Below, one piece after another: positions 37,540 to 49,502 of a DNA stretch of 64,000 nt (the stretch's first letter is position 1; each line of letters begins with the position of its first letter). The notes under the pieces were generated by a model, which made no database searches, was not told the DNA's origin, and saw only the letters and a list, made by a program, of their open reading frames with translations. Source of the DNA: Octopus sinensis. Its lineage: Eukaryota. A program made the translations under genes and the position numbers. The stretch lies in contig NC_043002.1 in assembly GCF_006345805.1 (NCBI RefSeq), positions 56,420,001 to 56,484,000 on the forward strand. Direction: 5' to 3'.

Positions 37540-37825
37540 GCACTCCATCGAGGGTCCCAGCTGATATGATCAATGGAACAGCCTGCTCGTGAAATTAACG
37601 TGCAAGTGGCTGAGCAACCCACAGACACGCGTACCCCTAATGTAGTTCTCAAGGAGATTCAGCGTGACACAGACAGAGTATGACAAGGCCGGCCCTTTGA
37701 AATACAGGTACAACTCATTTTTGCCAGCTGAGTTGACTGGAGCAACGTGAAATAAAGTGTCTTGCTCAAGGATACAACGCGTCACTGGGAAACTGACGAC
37801 CTTACAATCGTGAGCCAAGTATCAA
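37540..37825 (-). mobile_element. SINE family D (CpGs retained)
   Basis: Reverse complement aligns with 59836-60150 and 62085-62370. Confidence 0.85.
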
Positions 37826-40800
37826 TTTACTACACAACTGAAAGAACTACTAATATTTACGTTCTTTTTGATACTTTAGATAAACATATTTATAAATAAT
37901 ATCACGTATCTCCAAGCAATCTTTCTGGCTTATGCATGTGTCTTTGGGTGTTTGTCCTCACACCCACCCCCGCCAGACAACGGGTGTTGGTGTGTTTACG
38001 TCCCTATGATCTAGCAGTTCAGCAAAAGAGACCAATAGAATATGTACCAAACTTTAAAAAAAATTTTAAGTACTGGGATCGATTCATTCGACTAAAAATT
38101 CAAGGTGGTGCCCCAGCATGGCCGCAGTGTCGAGTAAAAGATATAATCATACAAGTAAAAGATATAATCATACCTATACACACACACATATATATACACT
38201 CGTACATAACTAATCATGTTACCATCGGCTATTGATGAGTCATGTGGTCATTAAAGTGACGCCAAATCAAAACGAAAATAAAATTATGCCATTACAATAA
38301 TGGTAAATGTTCTGATTTTGAATTCTTAACGGCAACAAAATCGCTAAATATCGTTTCTTAATGTCTTAGAACACAGAAGACAAGATTGAGATAAACCAAC
38401 GGAGTGAACTCTAACGAAGTCATCCATGACGAAGACACGCATTGCGGTAGCAGCAACATTAACAACATTAAATGATAATTTTTTTTTTCTTAGGCATGGT
38501 GGCGTGGTTAAAAACGTCGCTTTGCAACCACGTGGTTTCAGGTTCAGTCCCACTGCACGGCAGCTATGGACTGACCAACGTCTGGTGTGAGAATCTAGAA
38601 GACGGAAAGTGTGTGGAAGCCCGTCATGTATATATGTCTTCGTCCCCACACCACTAGACAACCGGTTCGGGTTTGTTTACATTCCCGTAACGGCTGTGAG
38701 GCAAAAGACCAACAGAATACATACCAGACTATAAAAAAAAAAAAAAAAAAACTATTGGGGTCGATTTGTTCGACTAAACTCTTCAGGGTGGTACCACAGC
38801 ATGGCCGCAGTCAAATGACTAATACAAATAAAAGATGGGGAACAAAGCCGCAAACATAAAAAGAACGCCTCTACACAGTAACTTGGCCCGCTAAAAATAG
38901 CAGCCAAATAGCACCCATATTTATTTTACAAAGCCAAAAAGACACGTAGACGATTGTTGATTTTGATACCAATAATTAACAGTGGTAATAATAAATTTTA
39001 AACTGATTTAATTCCGAAAGTCATGATTTACCTGGTACACGATTGTCGACCAAGGAAAACATGAAAAGTAAAGTCGAATCTGGCGCTATTTGAACTCAAA
39101 ACGTAAAGGGGCGTAACTAAAGACATTTTAATCTAATACACGATTCTACTTTTTTTAATATTAACAGTAATGATATTATTAATAATTGTTAACCGAGGTC
39201 TAAGGCCACAAATTTGACGGAGACACACTATACTGTAGTGGTAGTTAATTCATCAATCTAGAATGATGGTAAAAAGTAAAAAGTATCGATCAGGTATAAA
39301 ACCGATCCTATGATTTGAACTCAAAACGTAAAGGGACGTAATAATGCGACGCATTTTGTCAAGGCGCTCTACCGATTCTGCCACTCGTTAGATTTTCAAA
39401 CAGTTCAAGGAATTAGTGGAAGTTGTGGTGTGCATTCCATTCCTAATGGTATGTCTGCGAAAGTTTTCTTTCTCTTTCCCTCATAACGGGAAAGCCACAA
39501 CGGTTCTAAATTTCTGATGCAATTAATGCCATTTCCAAGGGCAGACAATTTCGAGGTTGTGGTGTTGATGCTTTTCCCCACACCAAAAAGTGGGACATTT
39601 TAGATAAAAAAAAAGAAACAAGATGCAAAATAATTAACACCGAAAGGAAATAATGATAATTATGATGGCAATTAAAAGCAATTTTAATTATGTAAGGTAT
39701 TCTCAATGATATGGACAGAATTTTAATGAGATTCAATAATACTTTTGTTTTAACAATAAACTGTGATGATAATAATATCTTATTAAAATTACTATATTAT
39801 TATTATTATATAAAAACACGACTTGTATATACATTTATATACCTTGATTATACATACGTGTGTGTATACATTCATACACTTTAATTATACATACGTATAT
39901 CCATTTACTCACCTTCATTATACATGCGAATGTATAAATTCATACACTTTGATTTATACATACGTATATACTTTTTCACACGTCTTTATATACACAAGTG
40001 TATACAGCAATTCACCTTAATTATATGTACAAGTGTTTATACATTCACTCGTCTTGATTACACATACATGTTCTATAGCTGCACACATCTTCATTATACA
40101 TGCATGTGTGTATAGAGAAATTATCCCGGGGATTTATGATTTAATGTTATGGGAAAAAGAATTGCTTTCGACATAAAGTAATTTGTGTCAAGGTTTTACT
40201 AACAATTCTTAATTTAAATTTGTAAAGATACCAACACCATTAACAATTAATCATTATAAAAACAATAATGACATTAAGTGAGGAGAAAAATATAAGAATT
40301 AATTACATGTTCTGGCTTATTAATGAGGTTTGAGGAAGATATTTAACCGGAAATACAAAATAATAATAATAAAACTGTGTTGGAAAAGGCACATGGTGTC
40401 GGAGTGTGTTTGTGTGTTAAGAGGAATGAATGGAGATGTTGTGAAGTTGATGCCTTTGTTAAAGAAGAAAGAAAAGTGAAATGGCGCCAATCAGAAAGGA
40501 AAAACTAGTCATAATTGATTTTTTTTTTGGGATTTTTATGTAGACAAAAGACCAGATTTATAAACTATAGAAGAAATAGAAATGAAGAAGGAGGCGGTAA
40601 TGTGATGTTGTGAGGTTCATCCATGCCGCCCTCCTGAAAGACACCAACAAAAATATATTTAAGGTGGTGATTTTTTTTCCTTGTCCATTCTATTCGTTGG
40701 TTGTGAGTAATTAACAAAGACTTAATTATAGAAATGACTGATTTACATCACAAAAACGTAGAAAAACACGAGGCGTTGCGGGTTCATGTCCCGCGGGTAG

Positions 40801-41384
40801 CCTACGACCCATTTTCTTTTTCCATCCAAGGGTATTATTATTTTTATACATATGCTATTATTTATAGCTGTATCCCCTCCGAGACTCACCCTTAAAGTGA
40901 TTTAAGAATGATTTGTTAAAATACTTTCGTCGTGAAACATTCTCAGGAAGGAAAGAATGTAGCAGAAACGACCAGGGACGACTGCTAAACCATTTATTAT
41001 TTTAAACACCCCCGCCTTCATCTTCTCAATACAATGGAGATTTTCCTTGTTCTGTTTATATAAAAACGAGGAGATCGCGACCCAGTATCAAGGCGTCAAT
41101 AAAAAATAGGGCCACATCGTTGAAATATGTAGAACACAAATAGAATATGTGCAATGTATATATGGATTTATGTATTTGTGTGTAAATAAGTGTATAAAAC
41201 ATAATCATATATAAAATTACCAAATTAACATATAAATATATATATTAAGTGTCTTTTTGTCATACAAGCTATAAGCGTATTTTATATTTATTTACGTTAG
41301 AACTTTTCAAGAACGATGATTACAAAACCAAAATAATGTAAAACTGACCATTATTATAAACGACACCAAGGAAACTCGTGTGTG

Positions 41385-41732
41385 TATATCATATATATAC
41401 ATACACACACACATACAATATATATTATATACATACAATATATATATAAATACTATATATATATATAGATAGATAGATAAATAAATACTAAATATATATA
41501 TAGATAGATACATATATATATATAAATACTAAATATATATATATTATATACATACAATATATATATAAATACTAAATATATATATAGATAGATACATATA
41601 TATATATAATACTAAATATATATATAGATAGATACATATATATATATAAATACTAAATATATATATAGATAGATACATATATATATATAAATACTAAATA
41701 TATATATATATATATATATAAATACTAAATAT

Positions 41733-41763
<31 letters not shown>

Positions 41764-41830
41764 TATATATATATATATATACATATAATAAATACAATAT
41801 ATATATATAAACATACATGTATATATATAC
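41385..41830. repeat. TA-rich minisatellite (~38-40-bp unit aaatactaaatatatatatagatagatacatatatatata)
   Basis: aatactaaat recurs about 8 times with variable (TA)n. Confidence 0.85.
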
Positions 41831-43362
41831 ACACATCTAGTATATACACTTCCTGACAAGAAACGTTAGTCGAAACAAACTGTATTTTATCGGACTCGCA
41901 CATATAATTAATTGGAAAATAACATTAATTTAAATGGGATCTGACTGGAAAGAAATGTTTTTATTTTCTTTACAAAATTAATATTAATGATGATGATAGA
42001 TAAACGTTTAACTGAAGTTTGTATTTTGCAGCAAGAATTCAGGAATTAGGTTAGAGAAGCTAAAAACAGAAAAAAAATAATGGAAATAATAAACACAAGT
42101 TGAAGAAAGGAAACAGTTTTCGAAGAGTTTGAAGAAAAAAGGATCTAGTGACCACAAGAAGAAAGCCATAACCAAAATTATAAAAATATTTTTCTTATGA
42201 AAACCTTTAAAATTCCTCAAGACTCGAGATAAATAATTTTCTAGCAGACACAAGAATAAATTTGGCATCAGAAATTCCATTGTCTGTATAATTTCGTTAT
42301 TATTTAAAAAAATACAAGGGTTTTATTTTTTTTCTTTCACATGGTGAATTTAAGTCTTTACATTTAAAAACATTGGGAAAATGTGATGTCGTGACATTCA
42401 TGCTGTTTGGTGAGGATTATTAAGAAACCTGAATAAAGCAAATTAACTTTTAATTAACGCGGGGAATCGAAACCACCAGATTGTAACAAATTAAAGGGGA
42501 AAATTCTTTGACTAAGCAGAAAGTCTTCGATTTATAAAAGAAAGAAAAATCTAATTTCGAGATGTTGTGGCAGTCATCCATTTCCCAAAGATCCTAATTT
42601 AATTATACTAACACTAATAATGATTGTAACATAATGTTTTGTCTATTCAGTAATTTATTGCGATTTTTGGTTTTATTTCGAAGGCCTGTGTGGGGGAGTC
42701 GGGTTAGGTTTTATTAGAGTTTCCAGTCAACGATTATTAAATCCACCTCCATATTGTATTTAGAAGAAACTGAATTAATTATGAACAATCTTCCATTATC
42801 ATTATTATTATTATTATTATTTTTATGACCACTGGGCAATGTATGAATCGTTGAAGCTATTGGTTGGACAATGGATGCTCGTTAGCTTATATAAAATATA
42901 TATGTAGTCATTGAAAATGCAATCTGAAAAACCATAGGTAAAAAAAGAATTGTTTTAATGCTTATTAAAAAGTACAATAAATATGTGTGTGTGTGGTTGA
43001 CCCTTAATTAGTCTAAGAAAGTCTTATTAAGCAATCAAACAGATCTATAATAAAGCCATCGTAATTTTTAGATATTTATACGTATATTAAAAAGATACGT
43101 GAATAACAATAAAAGGTAAAGGGCAAAACATCGCCCCAAAACAACATTTAAAGGCGGCGGGGAACATTAACCTCTCATTAACGAATGTACGTATTAATTT
43201 CAAAGTATATCGTTTATAAACCCATATTGAAGATCACTGTATCATTAGAGGATTTCTTCGTCAATTATTTTACGTAAAAATCCCATTAAAAAGGGCAACA
43301 GTATCGTTGCAGCACGTTGTATTTACGTGTATTTTTAATGGTTTTGGCTAGCAGTGCTTGCT

Positions 43363-44686
43363 GGCGGCCATATTCTAGTTCTTGTTGGGTTTGCCACTAT
43401 TTTTTAAAGCTAAAGTATCCGCGATAAAAATAGAAATGTGTGTAATAATGTTAACTGAACTGTGTCATACAGCATCTAATTTTCGATCTACTTGTAAAAC
43501 TATGACGATAATTCAATGAATTTAGTAGAATGGATATCTCCATATGGTAAACCAAGTGGATTCTCATATATTGAGTGTATGTCGAGGTTTAAGACGTAAT
43601 TTAAATTAATATTTTAGAAGATTGAAACTGAAGTTTATATGAATACAAGTCAAAATTAATAGATATTAAAATCACAATAAGAATTTTCTGATTCACTAGA
43701 GCGTAGGTTTAATTATATTATGATTGCATACATATATATATATAGGTAATAAAACTACATATGAAATATGAAGTGTAGTGTGGTAAGGCTTTATGTAAAA
43801 TAACGTTTGTAAGACGTAATTATTGTAGCATATGGACGATTTAACGTGTCGATTTATCTCTAAAAATATCAGTGATTTGAGATTTTTCTTTGTTTACTTT
43901 TCTCCATGACGACTGTGGCAGCTGCTCAGCCTTCACTCACACTCAAGTATTGAGTGAGAGTTCAAACATGGAAGAAACTTAGCAAAGCGCGGGAGAAATG
44001 GAGAGATGTTGAGTGGAAGGGGTGGAGGGGAGTGAGAAAGAGAAAAAGAAAGAAGGAAAGATATAAAAGAATCCCTTTTAAATACAGATTACAACATCCA
44101 CAAAGAAATTGAAATTATTTTAAGCCTTTCTTATAGAAATATGCAATTATTAATCGAAAATTTATGTTCTTGTAAACGCATTTTGTGAGAAACGATTATT
44201 TTTTTCTACAACAGCTTAACACTAAACATGGAGGATAAGGTTACTAAGGTACTCTAGAAAAATATCAAACAGATTTATGTATATAATAATCCTGTGTACT
44301 CTTTTCAATAAAGACAAGCCACTGAAATTCATAACCAGTTACAAAAAAGAATATCCTGAGAGATGAAGTAAACTGTTTAGGGTATTCCTCTGATGAAATG
44401 GGTTAGCTGGAAATCTCTCCATGGTAGTATAACGGCCATCTTGGTTACTTTACACTATGTAATAACTGCTACCATATACCTTTCTCCATTATACGCCAAC
44501 CGATTTCATGTCTGATTCCGATTAATTATAGCAATATCGTGGTCGTCACTAGTCACAGCGAAACGATTTGCGGTACTCAATAACAATTTTAAACTTATTA
44601 AAGACGTCGAAGCTTTTGAATGCACTTCGCCTTCTGAATAAAACCAACGCCACCGAAACACCCGCTAGTCCAGAGTAGCCATTTTG
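43363..44686 (-). promoter_or_regulatory. Three co-oriented YY1-like motifs
   Basis: GGCGGCCATATT 43363-43374, CGGCCATCTTG 44433-44443, GCCATTTTG 44678-44686; all read A(A/T)(A/G)ATGGC on the minus strand. Confidence 0.35.
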
Positions 44687-46988
44687 TTAATATGTGACTA
44701 TATTGAATGGCCTCTTGTAAGACTGTATAGGTTCATACACATAACAACTACACACAAGTTTACTGTTCAGCAAAAAGCTATATACATTTGATTACTTTAA
44801 AGTGAAGCAATTCACACAGCATCCACAAACAAGCATTTATTTCCTGCACTGTTATACTACTATTCTATTCAACTCCTCACTAACCTAGTTATTCGGTCAA
44901 AGGGAGATTATCATATTTAAAAACTATTTTTTATTCCTTAACTCACAACGGCATTTTGTATTTTTTCAGCTCAGAAATCATGTCAGAGTTAGAAACGTTG
45001 AAAAGTTTTATTAGAACACCCAAATCTCCAAGTGTTAGTCGTGAACATGTAGCAGTACTATTGAACCTGTCCTCTGACAGCGACCCGAGGAGGGGGGAGG
45101 GGGCTTACATACAAGAATGGCTGTTATTTCAGAAAGTGCTGGAAACAGATTTATTTTTTAAAAAATTTTCTTTCCATTTTTACATCTGAAATATTTATAA
45201 TTATTAGATATGTATATACATATTTTTTTACAGTTATATATATATTACAATTTTTTAAAAATTTCTCGCTGCAATTATTTTCAATGTTTTTTCCCCTTTC
45301 TTTTTAAGAATGTTTCCTGGGAAGATCAGAAAAGTATTTTACAGATATTTGCTGAATGCTGTTGGAAAATTCTACAGGTAGAACCACAAGAAATTAGACC
45401 CTCACCACCATCTCTGCGACAAAGATGACAACAGGAACATCATCATTGTCGTCGCCAAAAAGAGCAATAATAACGGTTTCTTAAAGAAACAATACAAAAT
45501 TTAGCTGAGATCTTGTTCCTGTCCATCACTGCAACCTATAAGTTTAAACACCGGTCATTTTAATGAATTCGCCTTTTGTGGCCTCGTAATGTTTGAGGCG
45601 GACAAACCCGATGATCTGAGGCCATCATGCGGGTTCGATTTCCAATTAAAGGCAATTTATTTTGTTCGAATCATGAATGCCGTATGAAGGATGAATAATA
45701 TCTCGACCTTATATATAGAACAGAAAATAAAATATGAAGGTGTTTTGAATCCTGTTCAGTGCCCATTGGAAAAGCATAAACACTACAACCCCTCTGATAT
45801 TATTTGAAGATCGTTAGACACCTGATAGTATTTCGTTTAGGCTCTAAGTGTTTTCTGTTTAAATGTCACTGAAATGAACGATGTCTTCCTTCTGGGATTG
45901 ATAAAATATTTACCAAATACTGCGATCAATTTAATTGAGGTCTAAAGATGTTTTCTCGACAGTTACGATTCAAAGTTCAGATAGTTTGATGCCTTATTCT
46001 TTGAAATGGTACTAAACTATGCTGAATTCAGAAATTATTTTTCATGTCTTCATTTGCGTTATTTTTCCCGTTTCTTACGTTCAGAGTTCAAATTTCTCTG
46101 AGGTCAACTTGTCGTTCTTCTGGAGTCAATAAATAAAATACTTATCTAGAGCAGAGGACTTTCGGTATCGTGAGAAAGTCAGATATGATACTTTGTGTTT
46201 GTTCTGACTCATTGCGTTCTGGGTTCAAATCCTGCCATGGCCTCGCCCAGTTTAACATCGCCACCTTTAATGTAGTCTAACTATGACAAACACTTTAACC
46301 AGGTTTCCAATTTAGGGATCTCTCCCTTCCAAGTGTGGTGGGCACCAATTGTCCGACTCTTGAAACCAGTAGGTCTCAACCTTTTTAATATTCGGGCCAG
46401 ATCCCAAACCTGAATTTTTTTAGGGGCTGCACCAAAATAAAAAATAAAGCATAAGTCAATTAAAGAAAAATTTATATATATATAGAAGGACGGCCGCGGA
46501 AAGGGTGCTTGAGGGCCGCATATGGTCATGGGAGCCATCATTGAAAATGCTACTCTAGACTTAAGAGAGAGAAAACACTTTCCAGTGGGAAATATTTACT
46601 ATTTCCGCCATAACAACAATAATTCTGGTATTTGAAGAGGAGTAAAATAGCTTTAACCTTTTTGATAGCAATCCACCTGAGACTGCCTCTTGTTCTCTGA
46701 TAAAAAAAAAATCTTCACTCAAAAGTTCATGGTTCCATGATTCAAAGTTCATGTTTTAAATTGATCTGAATTGAAATCTTTCTAAATTTCATGTTCATTT
46801 ATGTTCCAAACTTCAGCTTATCAATGACAAAATTATTTTTCTAAATTTGTTGTTATTTTCAAAATTAATTGAAACAAAGGCCCTCCATTTCAACAGAAAA
46901 ATGGTAATGAGAGGTTAAGCCTTTTGAAAACAATCTGTCTGACCCCACCCCCATTCTGTAATACAAACTTTGAAGTGATCTAAATGAA

Positions 46989-47198
46989 CCCTTTTGTTAC
47001 TGCATTTCTGTTGAGATGCTCTGTGTTTCTTTCAATTACTGTAAATATAACAAAGAATTTAGTAAAATAAGTTAGTTATCATTAAGCTAGTGTTAGGAAC
47101 ATAAATTGTGACTAAGGTTTGGTGGAAGATTTTAATTCAAAACTTATGAAAACAAGACATTTGTACTCAGGGTCAGAGCTGGGTTCGTAACAAAAGGG
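46989..47198. mobile_element. piggyBac-type MITE
   Basis: Perfect 12-bp TIR CCCTTTTGTTAC/GTAACAAAAGGG; flanks TGAA/TTAA. Confidence 0.8.
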
Positions 47199-48059
47199 TT
47201 AAAATCTTCCTTCAAAATTTCATGTTTCCAAACACTAATGTTTAGAAGTGGGCCTGAATAATCAGACATGTCTTCTTTCGTTGTTTCAGCCTCCATCTTT
47301 CTTCAGCATCAACAATATGGAATTGTACTAATATAAAGTACACTTTTGTAGATACATGACAAAACTTCTGTTTACCAAATTCTCTCATAAGGTTTTGGTT
47401 GGCCCAAGACTAAAGTAAAAGACACTTTATTTCAATGATTTTGCCATAAAGGCATTACACAGAGTAAGTAGAAGACACTTGCTCAAGGTACCATGCTGTG
47501 TGATTGAACCTGAAACCATGTGCTTGGAAAGCAAGTTTCTTACCCACACAGCCATTTCTCTGCCTAAAATCATGTCTGGGTAGTATGGGAGGCAAACTTT
47601 AGATGGTGATGATGACGACTAGTTGTGAAGGGGAGAAATGGTGATGCTGATCTCTTGTGTATTACTGATGCCTAATTTATTGGTCTGAAATGAATTAAAG
47701 GCAAACAGAGCAGGATTTAAACTATTCATGAAGTCCAGTGTGATTTCATCTGCCTATACCACTCTCCTAACAATAACAAACAGAAGTGCTTAACTTTGGT
47801 ACAAGACCATAAATTTAGCCAAGTACACTTTACAGCTAGACCCCTGTAAGAGAGGGTATGGTTTATTAACTAGACCCTAGGATATTACTGTTAGAGGGTA
47901 CACTGGATTAGCTAGTATATTATTGAGAGAGAGTACAGTTGATTAACTGGATCCCAATACATTAATATAGGAGGATAGAGTTTATTAACCAGATCTCAGT
48001 ATATTACTGTGAGAAGGTACGATTAATTGATTAGATTCCAATGTATTACTGTGAGAGGG

Positions 48060-48340
48060 TATTTGTGCAATGTGTCCCCTACAAAGGTCAAGATCATATC
48101 ATATAAGAACATTGCAACACAATTTCTTCACTGCAAATGGTCCTACTCTTTTCAATGTTATTCTGAAAGAAATTAAAGTAGAAAAAGACACCACAACTTT
48201 CAAACGGTACCTGGACAAATTCCTCCATGAAATACCATATAAACCACCTACACCTGGATATGTCTCAACCAATAATAACTGGTCCATGGTGTCCTGAAAT
48301 AATTAACTAAAAGCCTTTTCCAGGTGGTACTATTCAGTTA
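48060..48340 (+). mobile_element. CR1-clade LINE 3' end fragment
   Basis: RTLQHNFFTANGPTLFNVILKEI...FKRYLDKFLHEIPYKPPTPGY, a typical CR1 ORF2 C-terminus. Confidence 0.75.
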
Positions 48341-49283
48341 GTCATTGCCTGGGCTGATAATGGCTGAAACCAATCTAAGTTAGGGTTAGGGTAGAATCAT
48401 TAGCATGTCAGACAAAATGCTTAGCTCTTCTGGATCTTTATGCTCCAGGTTCAAATTCCACCATGGTTGACTTTGCCTTTCATCCCTTTAGAGTCAATAA
48501 AATAAGTACCAGATGAACACTGGGGTTGATGTAATTGATTAACCCCTTCTCCCTAAAATTGTTGGATTGGCACCAAAATTTGAAACTGCCTATTTAAGAC
48601 CACCCTTCAATCATTGGGTGATATGCTGTGCATGAAAAGACCAGTTGACTCCAATGAAATCATTGTCATGGCTGATCCCAGTACTATGTGACTGGCACCT
48701 GTGTTGGTGGCATGTAAAAAGCACCATTGGAGTGTGGTTGATGCCAGTGCTACCGGACTGGCACTGAATTGTTCCTACTAAAGACCCTAGAAAGCCTGGT
48801 GAAGAGGATGTGATGTACCCAGGCAACAGAATGACCAAAGAACAACCAAATTCAGTTTTAAAAATATCAACACTTCAATTCTCTATCTTTGTGTGTGTGT
48901 GTGTGTGTTTACATCTATGCTCACTTCTTTGAAAGTCATGACATTTGCTTGGTGTTCTTGTTAGCATTTGTCCTTGCAATAACTTGTCTGCTTGCTTCAT
49001 ACCTTCAGTGTGGTGTGGAATAAGAGTTCCCTTACTTTAAACAGGTAAGAGTTAGTGTCAGGGAGTGCACCCACCTGTAAGACAATGCCTAAATAATAGA
49101 ACTAACTCATGGTAGCATGAAAAAACAGACATAAGAATATTAAGGTCAGTTTAAATCAGTGCTTCTCAATTGGATTCCTTATGACCCCTAGGGGTCCATA
49201 TAAAATTTTTTGAGGTCCACACAAGTGAAATAGTAAATTAGAGGTATTTTGGTGGCCCATGACAAAATTTTGTTTACAATGTA

Positions 49284-49502
49284 GAGGCGCAATGGCCTAG
49301 TGGTTAGGGCAGCGGACTCGCGGTCGCAGGATCGCGGTTTCGATTCTCAGACCGGGCGTTGTGTGTGTTTATTGAGCGAAAACACCTAAAAAGCTCTACG
49401 AGGCTCCGGCAGGGGGTGGTGATCCCTGTTGTACTCTTTCACCACAATGGCGGTGCCCCAGCATGGCCGCAGCTCAAGAGCTGAAACTGGAAAAACAAAA
49501 AC
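49284..49502 (+). mobile_element. Young SINE family C head/body joined to a family A-type 3' tail
   Basis: CpG-rich tRNA-like head gaggcgcaatggcctagtggttagggcagcggactcgcgg...ggtttcgattc, then at 49448 the ggcggtgccccagcatggccgcag tail. Confidence 0.75.

Larger units (their letters stand above)
38830..46550. promoter_or_regulatory. Repeat-poor, CpG-retaining unique block (putative promoter/intergenic regulatory region)
   Basis: Visibly more CG dinucleotides than the flanks, few TEs, many TAAT/TGATTTA motifs, three YY1-type GCCATnTT motifs. CpG content assessed by eye, not computed. Confidence 0.5.

Noticed and set aside
44389-44420. CTGATGA...GAAA match (also at 61312-61355)
   Set aside because: No complementary stem II or stem I; an expected chance match.
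45579-45655. tRNA-like segment with GGGTTCGATTTCC
   Set aside because: No cloverleaf; most likely an eroded SINE head.
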